From NCBI GenBank assembly GCA_902539115.1, contig CACBHP010000003.1:22694-86693 (forward strand): a stretch of DNA of 64,000 nucleotides, written 5' to 3'. Every line of letters begins with the position of its first letter. Position 1 is the stretch's first letter. Below are positions 45,148 through 54,290 of the stretch, one piece after another. The notes below the pieces were generated by a model. The model was given only the letters and a program-made list of their open reading frames with translations, ran no database searches and was not told the DNA's origin. This DNA is from an uncultured Prochlorococcus sp. GTDB taxonomy: Bacteria; Cyanobacteriota; Cyanobacteriia; PCC-6307; Cyanobiaceae. The translations under genes and the position numbers were made by a program.

Positions 45148-45217
45148 GGGTAAACTATTTATATTTGTTATTCTCCATAATCGGTCATTGACGTCATTAT
45201 TGTTACTCAAAGATGGG

Positions 45218-45232
45218 GTGTGGTTCCCGAAC
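45218..45232 (-). promoter_or_regulatory. K-box-like element upstream of dnaK
   Basis: Minus strand GTTCGGGAACCACAC resembles the cyanobacterial K-box (GTTCGG..CCNNAC). It is GC-rich within an AT-rich spacer. Confidence 0.55.
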
Positions 45233-45262
45233 AGATCATTTTTTTAAAGAAAAATTCTAAAC

Positions 45263-46123
45263 ATGATTTCAAGTAAGACATCTTTTATTGCATTAATCGG
45301 CAATCCAGTAAGCCATTCCTTGTCACCTATTATGCAAAATGCTGCATTCCAATATTTAGGCCTAGATTTAATTTATATTGCTATACCTTGCAAAGATGAA
45401 GATCTAGAATTAGTTCTGAATTCTTTGAAAAAAATTAATTGCAGAGGTTTAAATATAACAATTCCCCATAAAGAAAAAGTATTTGACCTTTGTAGTGAAA
45501 TTTCGCCTATTGCGAGCAAACTTAAAGCAATTAACACCCTGAAATTAAATTCTGAAAAAGAATGGAGCGCAACTAATACCGATTTAGAAGGATTTATTTA
45601 TCCATTAAAAAATTTAAACTTATCACAGAAACAATCAATAGTTCTTGGCTCCGGGGGGGCAGCAAAATCTGTTATTCAAGGTTTAATAAATTTAAATCTT
45701 TCAAAAATTTCAGTAATATCACGTAACAAATCATCACTAGATGAATTAATAAAAAACTTTGAAAATCAAATTGAACTTAATAGCTTCTTAAATAACGATA
45801 ATCAAGCTCAAAATTTAATTGAAGAAGCAGATTTAGTTGTAAATGCAACACCAGTAGGAATGAAAACAGCCAAAAATGAAATGAATTTATTGCCATATGG
45901 TGCAGATTTTTGGAGATCTCTGAACTCAAAAACAATTGTTTATGATTTAATATATAATCCTAAACCAACTCATCTATTAAAGTTTAGCGCCAATAAAGGA
46001 TGCATGACTATCGATGGTTTGCAAATGCTCGTTGCTCAGGGATTGAAATCATTATCATTTTGGACAGATGGCTTAGAAGTACCTTTTCATATTATGAATG
46101 ATGCACTCAAAAAACATCTTTAA
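45263..46123 (+). CDS. aroE: shikimate dehydrogenase
   Basis: GNPVSHSLSP, NITIPHK, NTD, GSGGAA and DGLQMLVAQG. Confidence 0.95.
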   Translation: MISSKTSFIALIGNPVSHSLSPIMQNAAFQYLGLDLIYIAIPCKDEDLELVLNSLKKINCRGLNITIPHKEKVFDLCSEISPIASKLKAINTLKLNSEKEWSATNTDLEGFIYPLKNLNLSQKQSIVLGSGGAAKSVIQGLINLNLSKISVISRNKSSLDELIKNFENQIELNSFLNNDNQAQNLIEEADLVVNATPVGMKTAKNEMNLLPYGADFWRSLNSKTIVYDLIYNPKPTHLLKFSANKGCMTIDGLQMLVAQGLKSLSFWTDGLEVPFHIMNDALKKHL

Positions 46124-46225
46124 AGTAATGCTAATTTTCAAGGAACTGCACATGATGATGTATCGTTAAAGATGAACAGACGCTCATGACAGCAACTATG
46201 TGAGCCAAAGACCTTGTCTGAAACT

Positions 46226-46687
46226 ATGAACGATCAACAATCTTATTACGAAACCATGTATATCCTCCGCCCAGATATTGCGGAAGATGAAGTAACTAAC
46301 CACATTGATAAATACAATAAGCTTTTAGAAGAATTTGGCGGTTCCATCCTCGATAGTCAAATGAGGGGTAAAAGAAGATTAGCCTATCAAATAGCAAAAC
46401 ATAGAGAAGGCATTTACGTACAACTAAGTCATCAAGGTGATGGACAACATATTTTTAAGATTGAAAAAGCAATGAGACTAAGTGAAGATGTCATTAGATA
46501 CATGACCGTTAAACAAGAAGGACCTTTACCAAAACCAAGACCTTCGAATAAGAATGCATCTGAATCAGAGAAAAAAGATAATCCAGACGCCAAAGTTGAA
46601 TCTAAAGAAATGGAACCAGTAAAAAGTGCAGATCTATCAACTTCAGGAAAAGAAAATACTGAAACTAAAGAAAAGCCAGTATCTTAA
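46226..46687 (+). CDS. rpsF: 30S ribosomal protein S6 with a charged C-terminal extension (alternative TTG start at 46214)
   Basis: [20 protein letters not shown] and EDVIRY. Confidence 0.95.
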   Translation: MNDQQSYYETMYILRPDIAEDEVTNHIDKYNKLLEEFGGSILDSQMRGKRRLAYQIAKHREGIYVQLSHQGDGQHIFKIEKAMRLSEDVIRYMTVKQEGPLPKPRPSNKNASESEKKDNPDAKVESKEMEPVKSADLSTSGKENTETKEKPVS

Positions 46688-46690
46688 ATG

Positions 46691-47906
46691 TTAATTTTTT
46701 GTTTTTGAATTTAACTCAGCCCATATTTTATTAGACATACCCCACATGTAAATAAAACCCTCTGCTAAAGAATGATTAAAAATATCGTTTTGGCTATAAG
46801 TTGCCAAATCTTCCCTATAAAGCGAATTATTTTCCGACATTCTCCCAATTACTATTGCATTGCCCTTATAAAGTCTAATCTTTACTCTTCCATTAACTGA
46901 AGTTTGAGTCGATGATATAAATGCATCTAAACTATCTTTAAGAGGTCCAAACCAAAAACCTTGATAAACTAATTGTCCCCATTTTTTTTCTACTATACCT
47001 TTAAAGTCAACAACATCTGGGTTTAATGTTATGCTCTCTAATTCCTTATGAGCTTTAATTAAAAGTAAAAGTCCAGGAGTTTCGTAAATCTCTCTACTTT
47101 TAATTCCTACTACTCGATCTTCAATCATATCTATTCTTCCAAAACCATGCGCACCTGAAAGATCATTAGCTTTTAGAATAATCTCTAATGGGGTTAAAAA
47201 TTCATCATTAATTCCAACTGGAAACCCATTTTTAAAAACAATTTCTATATCTTGAGGAGAATCAGGTGAATTATCAATTGAGGATGTCATCGCAAATATA
47301 TCTTCGGGTGCTTCTTGCATTGGGTCTTCTAGTATGCCTGCTTCAATACTCCTACCAAGTAAGTTAACGTCTATCGAATATGGTGATTTTTTTGATACTG
47401 GTGCAGGAATGCCAAATTTTTCTCCATATTCTATTGCCTCTTCTCTACTCATTTTCCACTCCCTTGCAGGAGTAATTATTTTTAAATCTGGGCCCAAAGC
47501 ATTGATTGCTAAATCAAATCGAACTTGATCATTCCCTTTTCCAGTACATCCATGAGCTACTGCATCAGCATTAATCTCTCTGGCAATATTAACTAGATTT
47601 TCAGCAATTAAAGGCCTAGCAAGAGCAGTAGATAAAGGATATTTATCTAGATACAATGCGTTTGCTCTAATGGCTGGAAAAGCGAATCTCTCAACAAAAA
47701 CTATTAACTAAATTACCAACGATTGATTTAGACGCTCCAGAATCTAAAGCTTTCTGCCTAATAAGTTCTAAATCCTCGCCTTGTCCAAGATCTGCAACAA
47801 AAGCAACCACTTCTGAAATTCCATATTCATTCATTAAATATGGAATACAAACGCTCGTATCTACACCGCCAGAATATGCTAGTACAACTTTTTTTACCTG
47901 CTGCAT
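46691..47906 (-). CDS. argG: argininosuccinate synthase, split by a +1 frameshift in a T5 run
   Basis: N-terminal part [10 protein letters not shown]; C-terminal part [14 protein letters not shown] and GIKSREIYE. Removing one base at 47696-47700 gives ...[18 protein letters not shown]..., 404 aa. Confidence 0.95.
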
Positions 47907-47942
47907 CTAAATTTGCTCCATAAATTTAAATCGTTTACGTAA

Positions 47943-48137
47943 TTAAGAATTTGAGAACTTTTTACAAACTACTATTATTGTAACTAAAAGAGCTGGTCCA
48001 AAAACTAGTAACAAGAGAAGAAAGTTATTAATTATTAAAACATTGTTATTAAAGTATCCAATAAGTTTCAATATTCCAGAAAAAAATAATGAAATTAGCC
48101 AGATATATAAGTATTTTAAATTTGCTTTATCAAACAA
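47943..48137 (-). CDS. small two-helix membrane protein
   Basis: 64-aa hydrophobic ORF filling the spacer upstream of argG. The start is uncertain. Confidence 0.55.
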   Translation of the reverse strand: MFDKANLKYLYIWLISLFFSGILKLIGYFNNNVLIINNFLLLLLVFGPALLVTIIVVCKKFSNS

Positions 48138-48190
48138 AATTTTTCGTGTGCGTCATTATGTATTATCTTATATATAGAAGATAAATTTTA

Positions 48191-48472
48191 ATGGACTTAA
48201 ATAAACTAAAACTTAGATTAGATGATATTTCTGAGGTCAACCCTGCTTTAACTTGTTACCACCGAGATGACCCAGCTCCTGTATTGCCATTAAGAGATGA
48301 ACCTGATCTCTTATCTTGGCTTGAAAATACAGGAAGGCTTGTCGCTGAAAAAGACGGGGATTCTCAAGAGATTAGTACAATAGAAGAAGAAGAACTTTCA
48401 GCACTAATGGGAGAAAAGGAAGACTATAAAACTGAAGAAGACCCTTCCGTACAAGATGATTGGGAAGATTAA
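48191..48472 (+). CDS. conserved cyanobacterial hypothetical protein (DUF3134-like)
   Basis: NPALT...LLSWLENTGRL with an acidic tail; sits just upstream of mraY. Confidence 0.8.
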   Translation: MDLNKLKLRLDDISEVNPALTCYHRDDPAPVLPLRDEPDLLSWLENTGRLVAEKDGDSQEISTIEEEELSALMGEKEDYKTEEDPSVQDDWED

Positions 48473-49532
48473 AGAATTTAACTTTGAATCGTTATTAATA
48501 TTAAATACTTTTGCTTTAGTAGTAACCTCCATCTTTTTTAATAATTATATTTGTATTGGAGTTTACATATTATTTTTCTTCATTTCTTTATTCATAACAA
48601 AGAATGGGTTAAAGATAATCAAAAAATTAAATTTACTTCAAAATATTAGGACTGAAGGTCCTGCTAATCACTTTATAAAAAGTTATACCCCAACAATGGG
48701 TGGGTTATTTATGATAATCCCTTTTTTAATTTTTCTTTTGCTAATTACTATCAATTTAAGTTCTCTAAAATTATTCTTTTTATTCCTTACTATTTTTGGT
48801 TTCTTTATTATAGGATTTTTAGATGATTATTTAAGTATTAAAAATAAAGAAAACACAGGTTTAAAAACAAAAGAAAAATTTATGCTGCAAAGTATCATTT
48901 CAATAGTTTTTATATTGTTAGCCTATGAAAAAAATTTAATAAATCCATTAATTTTAGTATCTGACTCTTGGGGAATAAATATGAATATTTTCATATTGCC
49001 CTTTTCTTTTTTAGTACTAGTTGGAATAAGTAATTCAGTGAATTTGACTGATGGATTAGATGGATTAGCCGCTGGATGCAGCGGAATAGTCTTTTATGGA
49101 TTAGGAACAGAAATATTAATGAAAGAACAGCAAGAGCTTTTTGTTTTTAGTATCTTGTGTTATTCAATGTCAGGCATATGCCTAGGATTTCTCAAATATA
49201 ATAGTTATCCTGCAAAAATATTTATGGGCGACACAGGCTCTTTAAGTATTGGTGCAATTCTTGGTTCTATAGCGTTATTAACTAATAGCATTTTTACCTT
49301 ATCTATATTCTCAGGAATATTTATCATTGAATCTTTATCAGTAATGATTCAAGTAGGATTTTTTAAAATCACAAAAAAATTATTGCATGAAGGTAAACGC
49401 ATATTTTTAATGTCTCCACTGCACCACCATTTTGAACTTAAAGGAATTAAAGAACAAAAAATAGTTGAAAATTTTTGGAAAATCAACATTTTACTAGTAA
49501 TTTTAGGTATAGTTTTAAAAATCAATCTTTAA
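48456..49532 (+). CDS. mraY: phospho-N-acetylmuramoyl-pentapeptide transferase
   Basis: TPTMGG, NSVNLTDGLDGLA, FMGDTGS and PLHHHFE. Confidence 0.96.
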   Translation: MIGKIKEFNFESLLILNTFALVVTSIFFNNYICIGVYILFFFISLFITKNGLKIIKKLNLLQNIRTEGPANHFIKSYTPTMGGLFMIIPFLIFLLLITINLSSLKLFFLFLTIFGFFIIGFLDDYLSIKNKENTGLKTKEKFMLQSIISIVFILLAYEKNLINPLILVSDSWGINMNIFILPFSFLVLVGISNSVNLTDGLDGLAAGCSGIVFYGLGTEILMKEQQELFVFSILCYSMSGICLGFLKYNSYPAKIFMGDTGSLSIGAILGSIALLTNSIFTLSIFSGIFIIESLSVMIQVGFFKITKKLLHEGKRIFLMSPLHHHFELKGIKEQKIVENFWKINILLVILGIVLKINL

Positions 49533-49542
49533 ATAATTTGTT

Positions 49543-49788
49543 ATGAGTTTTTTTACATGGAAAGATAATGGATTAACAAGTGACTGCTCAAGTCTTGATG
49601 CAATGGCATCAAGATTTGAAGAAACTGCAAACTTAATGAAAAAACTATCCAAGAAAGGCTTCAAACTAAAGAAAACTCATAACAATCAACTAATTCTCCA
49701 CCCCGACCCTAAAGTATTCGATCAGTGGGGTTTTATTAGTGAGGAACTTCCTTTTAAACAACTCTGTTTAATGTCAGACGAAGAATAA
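49543..49788 (+). CDS. small hypothetical protein
   Basis: 81-aa ATG ORF 10 bp after mraY; it overlaps the 3' end of sps convergently. Confidence 0.7.
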   Translation: MSFFTWKDNGLTSDCSSLDAMASRFEETANLMKKLSKKGFKLKKTHNNQLILHPDPKVFDQWGFISEELPFKQLCLMSDEE

Positions 49789-51131
49789 CTATTTGACCTT
49801 GGAAACTCTCCTGTGAGTATTGATAAATAATTGCGTACATGAGTATTCCAACTAAAGTGCCTATTAACACCCTCAATTCCATTTCTGCTCCATAACTTCC
49901 ACTGATTATCATTAGAAATTCCTTTTTCAAGAATAACTTTCAATTCATTAATGTCAGTAACATCTACTAGGAGACCATTTTCACATTTTGAGTGAATTTC
50001 TTTTGGTCCTCCATCATTTGTTGATATTATTGGCAATCCACATGAAGAAGCTTCAAGAAGGGTTAAACCAAAAGGTTCTGTTAAGGCTGGATTTACAAAT
50101 ACACCCCCTCTGCTAGCAGCCCACCTATATAAAGAGGGGATCTGACTTGGAAGATGCTTTTTTGGATAAGCTACTTTTCCGTACAAATTATATTTATCAA
50201 TCATTTCAAAAATACTATGGAATACTTCTTGTTGTTGAGGGTCAAGTTTTGAAGTACTATCTCTGCAACCCAAAATCAAAATTAAGTTAGCTTTTCTCTT
50301 TAATTTTTCAGATCTTCCATATGCCTCAATCAAAGAAGGTATATTTTTTCTTCGTACAGCTCTTGAAATAGTCAATAATGGAGGTTTAGTAGAATCCTTT
50401 AGAAAAGGTTTCATCATAATATCAATTTCAGCTGTCTCTGTTGTCGAGTGAATATGGTGAAACTTATTATGATCAACACCAGGCGGAATCACTATAGCTT
50501 TGTGAGATGAAAAAGAAGAGTATTGGGAATATTGATAAACGGACTCTTGTTTAGTGCTTGTAACAACAATATCCGCTTTCTTTAGTGCATTTTCTTCTGC
50601 CTCAATTCTTTTACTTATGGAATAAAGCTTTTCTATCTGATTAGTTTTTAAACCGGTATCAAGCAATTTCCTCTTTTTTTCTCTTCCTAAAGAATGACCA
50701 GTAAAAATAAGAGGAACGTTTAAGGACTTACTTAGTTTGACTCCTACATATCCAGCATCTGCGTAATGAGCATGAATAAAATTAGGCTTTTTATTTGTTT
50801 TATAATATGAGACAAGTCTTTCAGTTAAATCGTCCAGATAAGACCAAAGTAATTCCTTTCTTAAATATTTATTAGGTCCAAATTTAAATCTCAAAATTTT
50901 AACTCCAGGTTCTACAAATTCTTCTTCTTCGGAATATTCATCGTCAACTTTTGAATCTTTGATTAAACGCGTGACTAAATCTACTTGATCAACTTCTGAA
51001 GTATTAGCCAAACTTTTAACCAACTCTAAAACGTATTGTGTTTGCCCACCTGTGTCTGCGTCCTTGCCTAATTCAAGATTTTTAGAACGTATAAGACCAT
51101 GAAGATGCAAATGTAAAAATTTTAATCTCAT
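49722..51131 (-). CDS. sps: sucrose-phosphate synthase (glycosyltransferase domain only)
   Basis: HGLIR..LELGKDADTGGQ, HAHYADA, FTGHSLGR and VNPALTEPFGLTLLEA. Confidence 0.9.
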   Translation of the reverse strand: MRLKFLHLHLHGLIRSKNLELGKDADTGGQTQYVLELVKSLANTSEVDQVDLVTRLIKDSKVDDEYSEEEEFVEPGVKILRFKFGPNKYLRKELLWSYLDDLTERLVSYYKTNKKPNFIHAHYADAGYVGVKLSKSLNVPLIFTGHSLGREKKRKLLDTGLKTNQIEKLYSISKRIEAEENALKKADIVVTSTKQESVYQYSQYSSFSSHKAIVIPPGVDHNKFHHIHSTTETAEIDIMMKPFLKDSTKPPLLTISRAVRRKNIPSLIEAYGRSEKLKRKANLILILGCRDSTSKLDPQQQEVFHSIFEMIDKYNLYGKVAYPKKHLPSQIPSLYRWAASRGGVFVNPALTEPFGLTLLEASSCGLPIISTNDGGPKEIHSKCENGLLVDVTDINELKVILEKGISNDNQWKLWSRNGIEGVNRHFSWNTHVRNYLSILTGEFPRSNSYSSSDIKQSCLKGSSSLIKPH

Positions 51132-51331
51132 TCAGCAAATCCTCTGTTCAACCGTCTCTAATACAAATAAGCTGAATTTTCGGGGGAAATATTAAGAAAC
51201 CATTATGATTTTTAAAATTTTTAATCCAAAAGTTTCAAAAAAGCAAATCAAGACTGGCATTAAGCCCGTTGAAAAAGAATTTCGTTTTACTGAGAAAATT
51301 AAAATTACAAAGAAATACAACAAAGATTTTC

Positions 51332-54235
51332 TTATTTTAGAACCTTTTTAAGATATTTTGCTGTATGACTTGTGGGATGTTTCGCTACATCCTCAGGAAT
51401 ACCTTCTACAATGATCTCTCCCCCTTTATCACCTCCATCAGGCCCTAAATCGATGATCCAATCCGAGCATCTAATAACATCAAGATTATGTTCGATAACA
51501 ATTACTGAATTACCTTTGTCTACCAAACGTTGTATCACATCCATTAATTTATGAACATCATAAAAACTTAATCCTGTAGTTGGTTCATCAATCAAATATA
51601 AAGTTTTTCCGGTAGCCCTTTTTGATAATTCTGTAGCTAACTTAACTCTTTGAGCTTCTCCACCAGATAATGTAGGAGCTGGTTGCCCTAATTTAACATA
51701 TCCCAAGCCGACATCTACTAATGTAGATAATCTATCAGCAGCTTGAGGTATGGCAGAGAAAGTTTCTGCTGCTTGCTCAACAGTCATCTCTAAGACATCA
51801 GATATATTGAAACCTTTATATTTAACTTGAAGAGTTTCCCTGTTAAAACGAGCTCCTTTACATACTTCACATTGAACATACACATCAGGTAAAAAATTCA
51901 TTTCAATGACATTAACTCCCTGGCCTTTACAAGCTTCGCATCTTCCTCCTTTCACATTAAAACTAAATTGGCCAGCTTGGTAACCTCTTGCTTTAGCTTC
52001 AACCGTGGCAGTAAATATTTGCCTTATAGGATCAAATGCACCTGTATATGTTGCAGGGTTTGATCTTGGCGTTCTTCCTATTGGAGATTGATCAATAACG
52101 ATAACTTTATCAATTGCCTTTATACCCTTTAAATCTTCTACACCTTGAGGAAAAGGAACTTTTAATCCTAGAAAATGACACAAGGCAGGGTGAAGCAATT
52201 CATTTATTAAAGTGCTTTTGCCACTACCACTAACACCAGTTACAGAAACTAATCTTCCCAGAGGAAATTCTACAGATATATTCTTTAAATTATTTTTTGA
52301 GCAATTATTTAAAATTAAACTTTTTTTAACGGATGATCTACGTTCTGTTGGAGTAGGAATCGATTTCCTACCACTTAGATAAGCCCCAGTTAATGACCTC
52401 TCTGATTTCAGTACATCTTGATATGATCCCTTGGCGATAATTTCCCCACCATAAATACCTGCACCTGGGCCAATATCTACTAGATAATCTGCGGATTTCA
52501 TAGTATCTTCATCATGTTCAACAACAACTAAAGTATTTCCAAGATCTCTTAAACTTTTTAATGTTTCTAATAATCTGTCATTATCTCTCTGATGTAAGCC
52601 AATACTTGGTTCGTCTAATACATATAAAACACCAGTAAGACCTGCACCAATTTGCGTAGCTAATCTAATACGCTGAGCTTCTCCACCTGACAAAGTCATA
52701 GCAGGTCTATCTAATGTTAAATAATCTAGACCAACATTAATTAAAAATTTCAAACGTAAACGTATCTCTTTTAAAACCAATTCACCTATCTGCTTTTGTT
52801 TTTCTGATAAAGATATATTCTCCTTTTTAGTCGTGCCTAAACCCATGATACGCTCTACGTGAATTAAGGTTTCAGAAACGCTAATAGAAGTTAAGTCAGT
52901 AATGTTGTACGGACCAAGTTTAACGGCCAAGGCTTCAGGCCTTAATCTTTTTCCAGAACATGTCTTACAGGGAACTAATTCTAGATACTTTTCTAATTTT
53001 TGTTTAACTGATTCTCCATTAGCTTCATTCAGTTGCCTTTCTAATATTGGCAAAATACCTTCAAAAGGTCTTTCAAAACCACTAGAAGTTTTGAAACGAC
53101 TATCTGATTGAATTAATATTGGTTTATCTGATCCCAAAAGTAGAACTTTTTTTTGCAAATCACTTAAATCTTTCCAAGGAGTTTTTAATTCAAAACCATA
53201 AGCTTGCCCTACAGAATAAAGTAAAGAGAAGTAATAAGTATTATCTTTTTCACTCCAAGGAGCTATTGCAGCATAAACAGGCAGCGTTTTATCAGGTATA
53301 ACTCTATCTGCAGTAAATTTTTTTAAATAACCAATCCCATGACAATCTGGACAAGCTCCATATGGGCTATTAAAAGAAAATAATCTAGGAGAAAGTTCTT
53401 CAACAATAGAGCCATGTACAGGACATGCATAATTTTCTGAATAAAGTTTTTCTCTCTCTAAGTTAGGAGGTAAGTTTTCTCCTTTTTTTGGAACAACTTC
53501 TACTATTGCTAGACCATCACCTCTTTTGAGACAAGTTTGTAGAGAATCGTTTAATCTTTCTTGTATTCCTTCTCTTGCAATTAATCTATCAACTACTACC
53601 TCAATATTATGAATTTGATTTTTGTCTAATTCAATACTATCGGCAAGTTCTCTTACCTCTCCGTTGATTCTTACCCTAGCGAATCCTTCAGCAGCTAATC
53701 CACTTATTAGTTTTATATGTGTTCCTTTCTTACCTCTTACTACGGGAGCCAACAATTGGTACCTTGTTCCTTCTGGCAGTAGAAGAATTTGATCAACCAT
53801 TTCATCAATTGTTTGAGGCGCAATTGGAATCCCGCAGTGGTGACAATGCGGCTCACCAGCACGACCAAACAACAGTCTTAAGTAATCTTGTATCTCTGTT
53901 ACCGTTCCAACTGTTGAACGAGGATTATGACTTGTAGATTTTTGATCAATTGAAATAGCAGGTGATAAACCTTCAATATTGTCAACATCTGGTTTATCTA
54001 CTTGTCCTAAAAATTGCCTTGCGTACGCGGAAAGACTCTCAACATATCTTCTCTGACCTTCAGCAAAAATAGTATCAAACGCTAGAGAACTTTTACCACT
54101 TCCACTCACACCTGTAAAAACTATAAACTTATTTCTTGGTAGAGAAAGATCAATATTTTTTAAATTATGCTGACGAGCTCCCCTTATATTAATTGAGTTA
54201 TCTTTTCCAAAACTACTATCAATTTTATTAACCAT
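51332..54235 (-). CDS. uvrA: excinuclease ABC subunit A
   Basis: Two GVSGSGKS Walker A motifs, LSGGEAQR twice, and zinc fingers. Confidence 0.98.
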   Translation of the reverse strand: MVNKIDSSFGKDNSINIRGARQHNLKNIDLSLPRNKFIVFTGVSGSGKSSLAFDTIFAEGQRRYVESLSAYARQFLGQVDKPDVDNIEGLSPAISIDQKSTSHNPRSTVGTVTEIQDYLRLLFGRAGEPHCHHCGIPIAPQTIDEMVDQILLLPEGTRYQLLAPVVRGKKGTHIKLISGLAAEGFARVRINGEVRELADSIELDKNQIHNIEVVVDRLIAREGIQERLNDSLQTCLKRGDGLAIVEVVPKKGENLPPNLEREKLYSENYACPVHGSIVEELSPRLFSFNSPYGACPDCHGIGYLKKFTADRVIPDKTLPVYAAIAPWSEKDNTYYFSLLYSVGQAYGFELKTPWKDLSDLQKKVLLLGSDKPILIQSDSRFKTSSGFERPFEGILPILERQLNEANGESVKQKLEKYLELVPCKTCSGKRLRPEALAVKLGPYNITDLTSISVSETLIHVERIMGLGTTKKENISLSEKQKQIGELVLKEIRLRLKFLINVGLDYLTLDRPAMTLSGGEAQRIRLATQIGAGLTGVLYVLDEPSIGLHQRDNDRLLETLKSLRDLGNTLVVVEHDEDTMKSADYLVDIGPGAGIYGGEIIAKGSYQDVLKSERSLTGAYLSGRKSIPTPTERRSSVKKSLILNNCSKNNLKNISVEFPLGRLVSVTGVSGSGKSTLINELLHPALCHFLGLKVPFPQGVEDLKGIKAIDKVIVIDQSPIGRTPRSNPATYTGAFDPIRQIFTATVEAKARGYQAGQFSFNVKGGRCEACKGQGVNVIEMNFLPDVYVQCEVCKGARFNRETLQVKYKGFNISDVLEMTVEQAAETFSAIPQAADRLSTLVDVGLGYVKLGQPAPTLSGGEAQRVKLATELSKRATGKTLYLIDEPTTGLSFYDVHKLMDVIQRLVDKGNSVIVIEHNLDVIRCSDWIIDLGPDGGDKGGEIIVEGIPEDVAKHPTSHTAKYLKKVLK

Positions 54236-54290
54236 GCTTAAATCTAATTTTATGATTTAAAAAAGGTATTATAATAGAATTTTTTCTATT

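Noticed and set aside
45148-45210. 21-aa N-terminal extension of DnaK in the track
   Set aside because: Canonical DnaK starts at [12 protein letters not shown] (ATG 45147); the extension is promoter or UTR sequence.
54236-54290. LexA/SOS box upstream of uvrA (also looked upstream of recN and the ligase)
   Set aside because: No AGTAC-N-GT(A/T)C-type site is visible, only an ATTATAAT -10-like palindrome.
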